Shown one piece after another: positions 9,797 to 19,281 of a DNA stretch of 64,000 bases. The notes below the pieces were generated by a model. The model worked only from the letters and a program-made list of their open reading frames with translations. It did no database searches and was not told where the DNA came from. Numbering within the stretch: the stretch's first letter is position 1; every line of letters starts with the position of its first letter. The DNA is from a virus: positions 109,363-173,362 of IMG/VR virus record IMGVR_UViG_3300028920_000029; one strand, written 5' to 3'. The translations under genes and the position numbers were made by a program.

Positions 9797-10237
9797 TTAC
9801 GGCTTAAATGGGGCTATTCTGAACAGCTTATGGACTATACTAAATATAGTACGTACTAGGTTACTAAGTAAGCGGTGTGATTTAAGTACTATACCATACC
9901 ACCATGGGAATAACAAAAGACCTTTGGCTACGGGGTAAACATAAGAATGATAGGTTTCTACTCTTGGTTTATATCTTTTATAAACCTTAACTAATCTATA
10001 TAACTCACTCTCTGGAATCCTACCATTTTGGAAGTCTGAGCACCCCCAATCTCTTATATTGGAGAATATATACTCAATACATGTAACTGTATACCTCTTG
10101 TATATTATCTTTATAGGAGTGGCCGTGTGATGCCTGTGTATTACGTTATTTTCTTCCAGCCACTTCTTTAGTACTGTCATTATAGTTACGTTGTGGCACT
10201 TCCTTATTTTCTTCCAATCCTTAACTAGGTCCATCAT
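9797..10237 (-). CDS. hypothetical protein, paralog family A (DLVKDW...YKP...PWW/Y)
   Basis: start likely at ATGA overlap with upstream paralog; shared motifs. Confidence 0.65.
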   Translation of the reverse strand: MMDLVKDWKKIRKCHNVTIMTVLKKWLEENNVIHRHHTATPIKIIYKRYTVTCIEYIFSNIRDWGCSDFQNGRIPESELYRLVKVYKRYKPRVETYHSYVYPVAKGLLLFPWWYGIVLKSHRLLSNLVRTIFSIVHKLFRIAPFKP

Positions 10238-10677
10238 TTCTTGTTTTCCTGAAACCATATGAAAGCCGTGCTGGTAAACAATCTTATCAGTCCTACAAGC
10301 GCACGCGCATACCACGGTATAACCGATATCCAAATAACTGTTTCTGTAATAGCTGTGACTTTTGGTTTATACTTTTTATAAGCTGTGGCTACCTGCCACC
10401 AAACATCGTCCTCGACATCTCTCATGCTCATATCTATTCTATTTTGTCTGTTAAACAAATTATAGCGTGCTCGGTCGTAGTCTATGAATATATTGTTGTA
10501 ACTCGTGCGCCTTCGAAAAAGTGTTAGGATTTCACATCTCCAGGGGGTTAATTTGCTGCAATATTCCACCTGATGATACTGCCTAATCCCAATTCTAAGT
10601 ATACTCTTTCGTAATATTGTTATGATCGTTACTATATGGCACTTCCTTATTTTCTTCCAATCCTTAACTAGGTCCAT
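10234..10677 (-). CDS. hypothetical protein, paralog family A
   Basis: MDLVKDWKKIRKCH, YKKYKP, PWY. Confidence 0.7.
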   Translation of the reverse strand: MDLVKDWKKIRKCHIVTIITILRKSILRIGIRQYHQVEYCSKLTPWRCEILTLFRRRTSYNNIFIDYDRARYNLFNRQNRIDMSMRDVEDDVWWQVATAYKKYKPKVTAITETVIWISVIPWYARALVGLIRLFTSTAFIWFQENKK

Positions 10678-10703
10678 AGGTTCCTTCCTTTCTTAGTATC
10701 GGC

Positions 10704-11075
10704 TTAAACTGGGATGCCGTGGAGGACTCTCCAAAAGGTATCGTCTTTATTGCTAGTAGTTACTGAGGTTAGGATAAAGGGCCTTCCATAGTTATTTAAT
10801 AACCACTCTCTTACCTCGTCTCTAGTTGTGCAGGCTATTTCAGCCCTATAGTTATTGCGTATATAATTAAGATGATAATGTAGATATTTTTCGTCTACAA
10901 CAGTAATGTATGTGGTATCATAGTCCACCAGATTGTGCAGCAAGACTTCTAAAGCGGTCACCGATACCCCTTTCTTTGGATATATACAGGCTGTCCAGGT
11001 CCCTAACGGAATCGCCTTAAATAGCCCAAAGTCTTTTTCCTTTATTGGGTTCTTGGTTTTCATGGGCCTACTCAC
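10704..11075 (-). CDS. hypothetical protein, paralog family B (PKKGVSxTA...WLLxN)
   Basis: IYPKKGVSVTAL, EWLLNNYG. Confidence 0.7.
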   Translation of the reverse strand: MSRPMKTKNPIKEKDFGLFKAIPLGTWTACIYPKKGVSVTALEVLLHNLVDYDTTYITVVDEKYLHYHLNYIRNNYRAEIACTTRDEVREWLLNNYGRPFILTSVTTSNKDDTFWRVLHGIPV

Positions 11076-11350
11076 TCTCCCTGTGATTTGATAATATCTT
11101 TTATTTCAATTAATGCTTCCTGTTGAATTATCTCTACTGTTCCAGTATGTTGGTCTATTGTATCACACATAAACTGACACTTTCTTAATGCCTCTTTTAT
11201 ATCCTCAATAACCTTGCCTCGCTGAGATGCTAACTTTATTAAATATCTTAATGACATATCACTTCCACAATCCTCACACTCATATACAGGAATAGTAACC
11301 ACTGCGCCTTCATAATATTTCATTTTACCATTACATTTAGGACACTTCAT
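11072..11350 (-). CDS. zinc-ribbon protein
   Basis: MKCPKC...CEDC. Confidence 0.65.
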   Translation of the reverse strand: MKCPKCNGKMKYYEGAVVTIPVYECEDCGSDMSLRYLIKLASQRGKVIEDIKEALRKCQFMCDTIDQHTGTVEIIQQEALIEIKDIIKSQGE

Positions 11351-11444
11351 TTTACTCCTCCTTTATTTTTTTTAATACGGCCACGACCCCGAACTCGACC
11401 ACGACCACGCCATTGACCTACCATAAATATTTAAATATATCATT

Positions 11445-11744
11445 TCACTCCTCCTTATTCCTGATAGGACACGTGTCATAATTACACTTATGCCCGTCAT
11501 TATCTTTATGCTTACATATTACATTTTCAGGCATTCCACTTGTGTCTATTACATATTTTCTATGTTGACAATTCTTTTGCCAGTTCTCCCACATATCCTT
11601 ACTCCCCTGTTCGTATGCCTTATTCTTTTCTGCTTCCATTTCTTCTTCAATACTTTCTGCCTCATCAAAACTTCCTGCATACTTTAATCGCCTTTTACAA
11701 TTTTCTATTTCTTCTTTTATTTCTTTTTTATCCATATCACTCAC
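11445..11744 (-). CDS. hypothetical protein
   Basis: ORF with RBS. Confidence 0.6.
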   Translation of the reverse strand: MSDMDKKEIKEEIENCKRRLKYAGSFDEAESIEEEMEAEKNKAYEQGSKDMWENWQKNCQHRKYVIDTSGMPENVICKHKDNDGHKCNYDTCPIRNKEE

Positions 11745-11950
11745 TCTCCTTTATTGTTAGGTTTAAATTGTCTGCAATACTTACCGCCCTCTAAAACTCT
11801 CCCCATTTGAGGTATTGGAGCCTTACACCCAAAAGTCTTTCTCGTGCCAGCCGCGATCCTTAATCCTGACGCCTTAAAAGCTTTGGACGCCTCGTTAGTA
11901 ATCGTATACCTCCCTCTATAAAAGTATCTGCACTTTGCGCACCTGCTCAT
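11741..11950 (-). CDS. small Cys-rich protein
   Basis: CAKCRYF...C...CRQF. Confidence 0.55.
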   Translation of the reverse strand: MSRCAKCRYFYRGRYTITNEASKAFKASGLRIAAGTRKTFGCKAPIPQMGRVLEGGKYCRQFKPNNKGE

Positions 11951-12225
11951 TTTTTAACTCCCTCATCTATTAAAGTCGCACCTAGGGCCGCTAAAACAAA
12001 AAACGGTCCGAAACCTATTACTACCATACCTACCAAACTTCCAAATACTTTTGTAATATACCAAAATTGGGCGAAAAAATTGCACGGGTTTTCTGGCTGC
12101 TCTATAGCCATAATCGGCGCTTGGTGGTTACTGTTATAACACTCCATGGCTGTCGCAAAACTTATTACGTATACTATACCCAGTATACAAACTAAAACTC
12201 CTAAAACAATCTTTGTTATATTCAT
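11947..12225 (-). CDS. membrane protein
   Basis: two hydrophobic segments, AAGGAG RBS. Confidence 0.6.
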   Translation of the reverse strand: MNITKIVLGVLVCILGIVYVISFATAMECYNSNHQAPIMAIEQPENPCNFFAQFWYITKVFGSLVGMVVIGFGPFFVLAALGATLIDEGVKK

Positions 12226-12306
12226 ATCTTCTCCTTTAGTTTAAGTGACACGTCTCAACCTACAGCACGTGGAGCAGTCGAACGCGACCATGTTTAACGA
12301 GGTCAA

Positions 12307-13053
12307 TCACTCCCCGCCACGTTTACGGTGGGAAATCCCACACGTGGCACTTTTAGTTTTTTCTTCCCGCAAAGCCTTAGTACAATGATGCTGCAAGTTT
12401 GACGGAGACACGTTGTATATAACACTTAACTCCGCCCACGTTAATTTCTTTCGCAGCATCATTATATTTTTCGTGTCTTCCATCGATATTTTTGGTATAC
12501 GTTTTACTCCGTAATCGCGCAAAGCCTGTCTTACCCGCTGCTCCGACCTAGATAGCTTATCCGCCGTTTCTCTTATAGATAGCCCCGCATTGTGTGCTCT
12601 TAAAATCTCTTTATCTATTTCCTTTCCTTGCTCCACTTTTATGTTCTTTTGTACAGAATAGTGCGTTCTGTGTGTCCACGATACTACGGATTCTGGAAGC
12701 CTTAGCTTTTTGCCTATCTCCTTAAATGATATGTTATTCTTTCTATAGGTGTCTATTACCTCCGCTCTTTTACTAAGCGACGAGGTTTTCTCTATGGAAG
12801 ATTTGTACCATAAAGTAGCTGCGGCTTTGGGACCGTATTTGTTAAGTAATGTTTTGTATTTCGGTTTTTCTTTAGCGATGTATCTTAGCAACTCCTTAAG
12901 GTATTCTTTGTTTTTACTAGGCTTCGCTTTAACGAAGTGTACCTTCATTGTTGACCTACACGTTTTAGTTTTTTCTTCTGCAGCTCTATGGGTACTACCA
13001 TTAGCCAACAACGTCACCCATCTATCTAAAAGTCTTTCCCTGTGTTTAGTCAT
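12307..13053 (-). CDS. multi-HTH DNA-binding protein
   Basis: repeated HTH-like segments (ISFKEIGKKL, LSIRETADKL, LTWAELSVIYNVS). Confidence 0.6.
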   Translation of the reverse strand: MTKHRERLLDRWVTLLANGSTHRAAEEKTKTCRSTMKVHFVKAKPSKNKEYLKELLRYIAKEKPKYKTLLNKYGPKAAATLWYKSSIEKTSSLSKRAEVIDTYRKNNISFKEIGKKLRLPESVVSWTHRTHYSVQKNIKVEQGKEIDKEILRAHNAGLSIRETADKLSRSEQRVRQALRDYGVKRIPKISMEDTKNIMMLRKKLTWAELSVIYNVSPSNLQHHCTKALREEKTKSATCGISHRKRGGE

Positions 13054-13058
13054 AACCC

Positions 13059-13391
13059 CTACCTCTGTTGAGGAGATATAGCAAACGTTGCCACGTCCCC
13101 TTGTATACTATTACTTACCCTTGTTTTTTCTCCGTGAGATATCTTTGCTTTTCTCTCTATACTCTCCACTATCTTTACCCACGTACTAATATGCTTTACG
13201 GAATCTTTCGGTTGTATGAGTATTTTAAACCCTAATGTGTACGCGTCTGCTTGGTACGCTAAAGACGTAATAAACTCTTTTAAAGGTATTAAAGTTATTA
13301 CGTCATGTATTACTCCTATGTTAATAAATACCTTACAATCTCCTTCCTCTAACCTGGATAAGTAATCATATAACCCTTCTTCCGTTAACAT
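13059..13391 (-). CDS. hypothetical protein
   Basis: ORF with AAGGAG RBS. Confidence 0.6.
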   Translation of the reverse strand: MLTEEGLYDYLSRLEEGDCKVFINIGVIHDVITLIPLKEFITSLAYQADAYTLGFKILIQPKDSVKHISTWVKIVESIERKAKISHGEKTRVSNSIQGDVATFAISPQQR

Positions 13392-13685
13392 TTCACTTCT
13401 CCTTTGGTAATATAAATGTTGGAAGGCCTTCCTTTTTTAAACGAATTTCTATTTGCTTCCATTGGTCTTTCACCTTTTGTATATCTTCTGGCCCATCACC
13501 ATCGTATATAGGTAATTTTCATCACACTCAGACCATTCATAAAACTTAAGTTCTCTCATAGTTCACTCTCCCTTGTTTATTAAACATTCTATTAGTGCTA
13601 CTATTAATGCTACTATTAGTAAAGTTGCGAAAACTGCTAGTCCTGCTGCTATATGGCAATCACCTTCCATTGTTATCACTCCTCC

Positions 13686-13898
13686 TTATCTGTACTTGGA
13701 TATAATCTTAAACACTGCTTTGTTAAACTCTTCTGATGTCATACTTAAATTGGGTTCTTGATATAGTTCCTCAATCTCTTTAATAACTTTAGATAGCCTT
13801 GCTTTGTATCTTTTCTTACACTTATCCCAACCCTCTTTATACCCATCTTTATAACTGTCACCTTCTTCAAATATTACTCCTGAAATTTCCTTAGTCAT
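13686..13898 (-). CDS. hypothetical protein
   Basis: AAGGAGGAG RBS. Confidence 0.55.
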   Translation of the reverse strand: MTKEISGVIFEEGDSYKDGYKEGWDKCKKRYKARLSKVIKEIEELYQEPNLSMTSEEFNKAVFKIISKYR

Positions 13899-13926
13899 TA
13901 CTCCTCCTTTTCTACCCCACTGTATC

Positions 13927-14388
13927 CTATGTGTCGTCTTTTGGATCCTTTGGGTTTACTGGTCTCCAAGAAAAGAACCTATCCCATATTCTAATATACA
14001 TATCTATAAAGAAGTTTGTCGGTTGACCTACTAGGTCGAAGGTTTCTATGTACTTGGTAGGTGAATACCTGGTTATTGGTCTTTTCTTCTTATAGGTTTT
14101 TGCAACAGTATACCAAGCTAACTCAGGTATTTCTCCCGCTCTGGACGTAGGATACGACCAAATTTTATTAAATCTGTAATTTACTTGTAGCGCTATTCCT
14201 CGGTTTTTGTTGCTTAACGTTTCTAAAAACAGTATCTGTATAGTGGGTCCGAACTTTAGTGTACACGATATTTTTCTGTAGCCATTTGTGTCCTTAGCAT
14301 GTAGCCATCTCTTTAAAAGCGCCATAACAGTAATAGTGCTCATCTTCCTTATCCTCTTCCAATCTTTAACTAAGTCTATTCCTGCCAT
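13927..14388 (-). CDS. hypothetical protein, paralog family A
   Basis: IDLVKDWKRIRK, YKKKRP. Confidence 0.7.
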   Translation of the reverse strand: MAGIDLVKDWKRIRKMSTITVMALLKRWLHAKDTNGYRKISCTLKFGPTIQILFLETLSNKNRGIALQVNYRFNKIWSYPTSRAGEIPELAWYTVAKTYKKKRPITRYSPTKYIETFDLVGQPTNFFIDMYIRIWDRFFSWRPVNPKDPKDDT

Positions 14389-14723
14389 GGAAACACTTCC
14401 TTTCTCTCACACAGGTCTAAGTATGACTTCAGTAAATCGATATTCCACACACACGCATGTATTTCTTTACCTGGGTTCTTAAGTATGTATGATGCTATGC
14501 TATCCCTAGTATTGTACTCGGTTAGGTTCCCATCCCCGTTTATATTATATAACTGTGCTCCTGAAAAAACTTTTAATATATTAGCCGCTATAGCAGTGGC
14601 TGATAAGCCTTTCTTAGGAATTATTACCATGCGCTCGTCTAATCCAGCCTCCAAATAAAAAAACTTGTGCTCATACTTGCAGCTAGTATGCCTATTAAAT
14701 ATGTCCCTCCAACTATTGTTCAT
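14376..14723 (-). CDS. hypothetical protein, paralog family B
   Basis: IIPKKGLSATAI, YILKNPGKE. Confidence 0.7.
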   Translation of the reverse strand: MNNSWRDIFNRHTSCKYEHKFFYLEAGLDERMVIIPKKGLSATAIAANILKVFSGAQLYNINGDGNLTEYNTRDSIASYILKNPGKEIHACVWNIDLLKSYLDLCERKEVFPWQE

Positions 14724-15231
14724 CGTTATTCCCCTTAGGCTCTCGCGGCCAAAGACCGAGTTTAGTTTTTATCACATACCATACCCGCATTATTGCTATC
14801 CGTATCTTAACGACTATCCCCATAAACATAAGTATTGGATACGTTTTAAATTGGGCTATAGTTAGTGTTATTATCCTGCCGCTGCCATCGTTATGCGTTA
14901 GAATATTATTCTTTTCGATACGCATCGTCGGCTTATACTTTTTATACCTTAAGGCCATAGTATATAAATCTTCCTCCGTCGATTCTTCTGACGGTACCGC
15001 CATGCGTCCTCCGCTAAAGTCATACCACGATGTTGTAACGTATACACTACCGTCATCCCGCAAACTAAAGAATAGGGTAGTTCTTTTTACTTTAAATGGC
15101 TTCTCAAGTTCTGCTACTGTTATTTGGTAATATATAATATTATCGGACTTCTTTACCCACCGAAGCATTAGCTTCATTATAGTTATAACGCTGTATTTTT
15201 TAATTATGTTGTAATCTTTTATTAAGTCCAT
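14713..15231 (-). CDS. hypothetical protein, paralog family A
   Basis: MDLIKDY, YKKYKP. Confidence 0.7.
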   Translation of the reverse strand: MDLIKDYNIIKKYSVITIMKLMLRWVKKSDNIIYYQITVAELEKPFKVKRTTLFFSLRDDGSVYVTTSWYDFSGGRMAVPSEESTEEDLYTMALRYKKYKPTMRIEKNNILTHNDGSGRIITLTIAQFKTYPILMFMGIVVKIRIAIMRVWYVIKTKLGLWPREPKGNNDEQ

Positions 15232-15567
15232 TTATTCCTCACTAACAATTTTTGCGAAGAAAGGCTCCCCTGGATTATCTAGTAGCCACTCCTTAAACTC
15301 ATCTTCGCTAGTAAAATACTCTTCATCTTTCGCCCCTTTGATGGCGGCGCTCTTTATTATAAAAATTTGGTGTGGGTGCGACTTCTTTATATCGGCCACC
15401 GCAGCCGTTATGCTTACGCCTTCCTTTATAGTAAATTTTACTATGGAGGCAAATGTGCCATTACCATACTTAGCCGTCAGTATATTTGCCCTTCCTTCTC
15501 CCAGGTACTCCATAGTGTGATATCTATAGGCTAATATCTTCCTGGCAAACTTAAAGTTTAAGGCCAC
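15232..15567 (-). CDS. hypothetical protein, paralog family B
   Basis: IKEGVSITAA, EWLLDNPGEPF. Confidence 0.7.
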   Translation of the reverse strand: MALNFKFARKILAYRYHTMEYLGEGRANILTAKYGNGTFASIVKFTIKEGVSITAAVADIKKSHPHQIFIIKSAAIKGAKDEEYFTSEDEFKEWLLDNPGEPFFAKIVSEE

Positions 15568-15577
15568 CTTTACCTCC

Positions 15578-15871
15578 TTATTTTATATCCAAATAGTTTT
15601 CACTAAAACGGCTACTAACGGCTATTCTAAATGTTGGGGGCTTTTTGTTTCGATCTTTATAATGTATATACCACCTACAAAATACATCTGGTGTACGGAA
15701 TTGACTGGTATCTTTATAAGGCATCCAAAAATTATATCGCTTATCAAGATACTTAAGTAGCGCAGTTATACTAACCGTTGGCTTTGGGGTTACCTCATAT
15801 ATACTGTTGACTGTTGACGGTCCACCTCCCCTAAAATCAACTGTACAAATAATATTATCTTCTTCTATCAT
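15578..15871 (-). CDS. hypothetical protein, paralog family B
   Basis: VTPKPTVSITAL. Confidence 0.65.
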   Translation of the reverse strand: MIEEDNIICTVDFRGGGPSTVNSIYEVTPKPTVSITALLKYLDKRYNFWMPYKDTSQFRTPDVFCRWYIHYKDRNKKPPTFRIAVSSRFSENYLDIK

Positions 15872-16068
15872 CTTTGAGCCTTATTCTTTGGCCATCGGTT
15901 AGGTTTTTCGTCTTGGTTAATTTCTACTGACGGACCTGGTATACCATCCTCAACTTTTACGTGAACGGGGCACCCAAAATGCCAATACACCTTAACGGGC
16001 CTTGTTGGATCCTGAACCCAATAGCCTCCAGGATACTCTTCTTCTATACTTTTAGGTAGCTTACTCAT
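15868..16068 (-). CDS. hypothetical protein
   Basis: coupled small ORF. Confidence 0.55.
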   Translation of the reverse strand: MSKLPKSIEEEYPGGYWVQDPTRPVKVYWHFGCPVHVKVEDGIPGPSVEINQDEKPNRWPKNKAQR

Positions 16069-16373
16069 TGTTTCCTCCTAGGTATTGCTTGATTAGGTTG
16101 AATAGTAAAGTTTCCTCCAGAAGCACAAAGATCTTTTACGGTAGTGACTCTAAATTCTTTACCAGGGTTATCCAGTAGCCAGCGCTTAAACGTATTTGGG
16201 TTGGGTTTTAACACTAACCTACCCTCAATCGACTCAGCAAACGTCTTGTTTAATTCCGCTAATACTGCGGTTGCCGACGGGGTTCCTAGTGGTGTTATTT
16301 TCCACCTACGCTCACCAAGCCAACTGCCCACACCGTCGTCTGTTATTTCCTCAGTCTTAAATATTTTACTCAC
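16065..16373 (-). CDS. hypothetical protein, paralog family B
   Basis: ITPLGTPSATAV, RWLLDNPGKEF. Confidence 0.65.
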   Translation of the reverse strand: MSKIFKTEEITDDGVGSWLGERRWKITPLGTPSATAVLAELNKTFAESIEGRLVLKPNPNTFKRWLLDNPGKEFRVTTVKDLCASGGNFTIQPNQAIPRRKQ

Positions 16374-16551
16374 TGAACACACCTTCCGACTCTATTGGTT
16401 CTATGATAGATAGCTGACTTATTTTGTTCTCCAGATTTTCTACCCTATCCTCAAGTCGCTTAAACTTATCAGTTGTAACTACCATAAACGCTATCATCAC
16501 TGCCATAAACAGCGTTATCACAACGGACTCAACCTTATCCATATTACTCAC
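16366..16551 (-). CDS. small membrane protein
   Basis: single TM plus coiled coil. Confidence 0.55.
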   Translation of the reverse strand: MSNMDKVESVVITLFMAVMIAFMVVTTDKFKRLEDRVENLENKISQLSIIEPIESEGVFSE

Positions 16552-17074
16552 TCTCCTTTAATATTTTAATACCATATTTTAATATCTTTAACCTCATTTT
16601 ATTTTTTGCATAAGCAGCATCATAAGCAGCATCATAAGCAGCATAAGCAGCATCATAAGCAGCATCATAAGCAGCATCATAAGCAGCAGCATAAGCAGCA
16701 TCATAAGCAACAGTATAAGCAGAATAAGCAGTAGTATAAGCAGTAGTATAAGCAGCATAAGCAGCCTTTTTATTTTTTTGTGTAGGATTTTTTATACATT
16801 TTTTTGCTGCCTCTATTGCTTTTCTCGGTCTATCGTCACTCGGATATTTCTTTTCAAAAATATCTATTACTTGTTCTGCTGCATATACAGCATAAGATAC
16901 ATATTGCTTATATTCCATTACCCTAACAATTAACCAATTAGCCCAGTCTAAATGCTTCTCTTTTATTAACTTCTTTACAACCTTTAATCCGTCTATCTCT
17001 TCCTGTTTGGTAAACCACTCAATACCCTCACTACAAGCATCCTTTTCTTCTAACCATTTAACTGTTATATCCAT
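16544..17074 (-). CDS. phage protein with AAY(D/A) low-complexity repeat
   Basis: ACSEG...DDRPRKAIEAA motif, (AAYD)n tract from 9/12-bp DNA repeats ~16608-16764. Confidence 0.75.
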   Translation of the reverse strand: MDITVKWLEEKDACSEGIEWFTKQEEIDGLKVVKKLIKEKHLDWANWLIVRVMEYKQYVSYAVYAAEQVIDIFEKKYPSDDRPRKAIEAAKKCIKNPTQKNKKAAYAAYTTAYTTAYSAYTVAYDAAYAAAYDAAYDAAYDAAYAAYDAAYDAAYAKNKMRLKILKYGIKILKESE

Positions 17075-17411
17075 ATTACACCTCCTTAATGTGTTATTAT
17101 TACATCATCTTTGCATTTATGAAAAATTTTAAAAAGAATCCACATACCAACAGCTCCTAGACCAAGACCACAATAAAAAATAGAAACTGCAAAAATAATA
17201 ATGTCTACTTCTGTAAAAGTGCTTGGGACCATTATAACCTTATCCTCTAACATATTACTCACTCTCCTTTAATTATTTTAGGGCTGTGGTGTGTCCTAAA
17301 CCCCTACGAGTTTAGTCTGCCCTTTGCAATAGGGCTTTGGCTTTACACATATTTCAGATACCCACACCACATTTAAGCACCCTTACTCACTCTCCCTGTG
17401 ATTTGATAAAA

Positions 17412-17603
17412 CTAATTTTTAAGTTTTATTTCACTGTAATCAAAACTGTGTTTCCTTAATGCGTCAATAATATCGTTTTGAATACTATTTATATTCATTT
17501 CTATTTCATCCTTTGTGAGACCTGTCATTTTTACATCAACTTTCATACTTATTTCATCCGTCCAGTGTCCATTTGTTGCTACTACCTTAAATGTTCTTTT
17601 CAT
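17412..17603 (-). CDS. hypothetical protein
   Basis: GGAGG RBS; bounded by 15-bp direct repeat. Confidence 0.55.
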   Translation of the reverse strand: MKRTFKVVATNGHWTDEISMKVDVKMTGLTKDEIEMNINSIQNDIIDALRKHSFDYSEIKLKN

Positions 17604-17862
17604 TTCTAGTTACCTCCCTGTGATTTGACTTTTTAATTTCTATATTTAATCCCATAATTCCAAAGATAAAAGACCTTTCAACTATTTGAATTTGAACTCG
17701 GAATAAATGAATATCAAAAAAAGATATTCTTAAATACAATAAATCAGTAATACCATAATACATAAACTGAAAACACCTAAAATCTATTTGAATTCCCTCT
17801 TTTATTTGTATATCTATTTTTTTATCATATGTTAACCAGTCTTGCCAAAACTTTATATCCAT
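17587..17862 (-). CDS. hypothetical protein
   Basis: AAGGAGGTG RBS. Confidence 0.55.
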   Translation of the reverse strand: MDIKFWQDWLTYDKKIDIQIKEGIQIDFRCFQFMYYGITDLLYLRISFFDIHLFRVQIQIVERSFIFGIMGLNIEIKKSNHREVTRNEKNI

Positions 17863-17881
17863 ATTACACCTCCTTATTTTT

Positions 17882-18163
17882 TCATCTATCGTGGGCGCTT
17901 ATCTGAATAACTATAGAGTTGTTAGGCTCTCGTATTAGTCTATCTGCTATAGCATCCTGCTCTATTGATTTAAAATCCCAACGATCTTTTACACGTAACT
18001 TTGCCGAGGGAAACCTTTTTCTTATAGCAGAAACTACGGCGGTTATGCTTACTCCTTTTTTAGGTGTAATATCGCACAGATACCATCCAAAACTTCCTGC
18101 GCCATAAAAGGTGCACTTAAACAACTTATCGTAGTTTTCCAAAGTTGATTCCTTATTTCTCAC
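17882..18163 (-). CDS. hypothetical protein, paralog family B
   Basis: ITPKKGVSITAV. Confidence 0.65.
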   Translation of the reverse strand: MRNKESTLENYDKLFKCTFYGAGSFGWYLCDITPKKGVSITAVVSAIRKRFPSAKLRVKDRWDFKSIEQDAIADRLIREPNNSIVIQISAHDR

Positions 18164-18395
18164 AGAATGTTCCTACGGCGTAACTAACGCCCAATAATGC
18201 TACCACAATCATACCGCCATAAAAACTTATTTCGTTTGTTGTGTACCATTTATGGAGTGCCCAGAGTATTACTGCTAGTGCGTCCAGTATTACTACGGTT
18301 ATTCCTATGTGCAGTAATCCTATGCCTATTCTTCGTAGAATAACTTTCCATATAGGTTCTATTACGGGATCTGGATCGGACCATAATTCTGACAT
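18153..18395 (-). CDS. membrane protein
   Basis: two TM segments, AAGGAGG RBS. Confidence 0.6.
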   Translation of the reverse strand: MSELWSDPDPVIEPIWKVILRRIGIGLLHIGITVVILDALAVILWALHKWYTTNEISFYGGMIVVALLGVSYAVGTFCEK

Positions 18396-18434
18396 ACCGT
18401 GCCTCCTTCAATGTAGTATATCGCTTACAGTATA

Positions 18435-18462
18435 AGTATACTGATAGAATTGGATTTGTCAA
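18435..18462 (-). promoter_or_regulatory. sigma70/SigA-type promoter
   Basis: TTGACA-N16-TATACT. Confidence 0.7.
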
Positions 18463-18483
18463 GAAAAAATTTAAGAAATTTTA

Positions 18484-18520
18484 TGGTGCCAGCAGATGGA
18501 CTCGAACCACCGTAGCTATA
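18484..18520 (-). pseudogene. 3' half of an interrupted tRNA gene
   Basis: T-arm GGTGG-TTCGAGT-CCATC, TGCTGGC-A-CCA; pairs with 5' half at 19141-19178. Confidence 0.8.
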
Positions 18521-18604
18521 TGGTGGGCAGGGATGGATTCGAACCATCGTACCCGAGGGAACGGATTTACAGTCCGCCGCCTTTAACCGCTCAGCCACCT
18601 ACCC
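18521..18604 (-). tRNA. tRNA-Tyr(GTA)
   Basis: cloverleaf, long variable arm, CCA. Confidence 0.95.
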
Positions 18605-19081
18605 ACGTTTTTTACTACCATATGTATCTGTTTGAGTATGACAATTTGGACAAAGAATTCTTAGGTTCTCTAATCTATTGTCAGTATGATCACCGTTTAT
18701 ATGGTCTAAGTGCATACTTAGTTTTTTATTATTCCATACGTTACCTTGACTACATTTCTCACATATTTCCTGCTTTAATCCAAACTCATATAATTTTTGT
18801 TTTAATGCATGACTTGTCCACTTAGCACCATCTAAACAAAGAACATTTTTTGTGAAGGACGTTATGGAGTGTTTCCTGCTATTGGCCCCAGTAGATGACC
18901 ACCCACGATTTTTAAAATGGGACGTATCTAGCCCATAATCCTTAATACGTTTAGCCACTAAATTGTGACTTCCTCCACCTACTCGTAAACCTAACTCTCT
19001 AATAATGTCCGCGACATTATAATGTCTTTTGACTAACTCGTTTAACAGTTCCTTACTATATTTTGTAGTATTTGCTTTCAT
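18599..19081 (-). CDS. HNH homing endonuclease
   Basis: HLDHINGDHTDNRLENLRILCPNCH; AGGAGG RBS before MKANTT. Confidence 0.9.
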   Translation of the reverse strand: MKANTTKYSKELLNELVKRHYNVADIIRELGLRVGGGSHNLVAKRIKDYGLDTSHFKNRGWSSTGANSRKHSITSFTKNVLCLDGAKWTSHALKQKLYEFGLKQEICEKCSQGNVWNNKKLSMHLDHINGDHTDNRLENLRILCPNCHTQTDTYGSKKRG

Positions 19082-19108
19082 AGTAAACCTCCTATCTAGA
19101 ATACTACT

Positions 19109-19137
19109 AGTATAGCATATTATAGTGACAAAAGCAA
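19109..19137 (-). promoter_or_regulatory. promoter of HNH gene
   Basis: TTGCTT-N17-TATACT with extended TG. Confidence 0.6.
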
Positions 19138-19140
19138 ATA

Positions 19141-19178
19141 CCAACAGCCAGATGTCATTGCCGCTAGACTATACTGGC
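19141..19178 (-). pseudogene. 5' half of an interrupted tRNA gene (Tyr or Asn)
   Basis: GCCAGTA acceptor strand, D-arm, TCTGG-CTGTT then breaks off. Confidence 0.75.
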
Positions 19179-19186
19179 ACTATATT

Positions 19187-19273
19187 TGGCGGAAAGCTCA
19201 GGACTTGAACCTGAACGGGATTGCTCCCCAGAGTTTAGCAAACTCTTGCCTTACCAATTAGGTCTAGCTTTCC
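19187..19273 (-). tRNA. tRNA-Ser(GCT)
   Basis: cloverleaf, long variable arm, CCA. Confidence 0.93.
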
Positions 19274-19281
19274 TTTATTTC

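Noticed and set aside
9797-10677. Diversity-generating retroelement behind the paralog repeats
   Set aside because: No reverse transcriptase in the window and no adenine-specific TR/VR pair.
18521-19140. Group I intron in the split tRNA
   Set aside because: The insert is fully accounted for by promoter, HNH ORF and tRNA-Tyr; no room for a group I core, and the 3' anticodon stem is missing.
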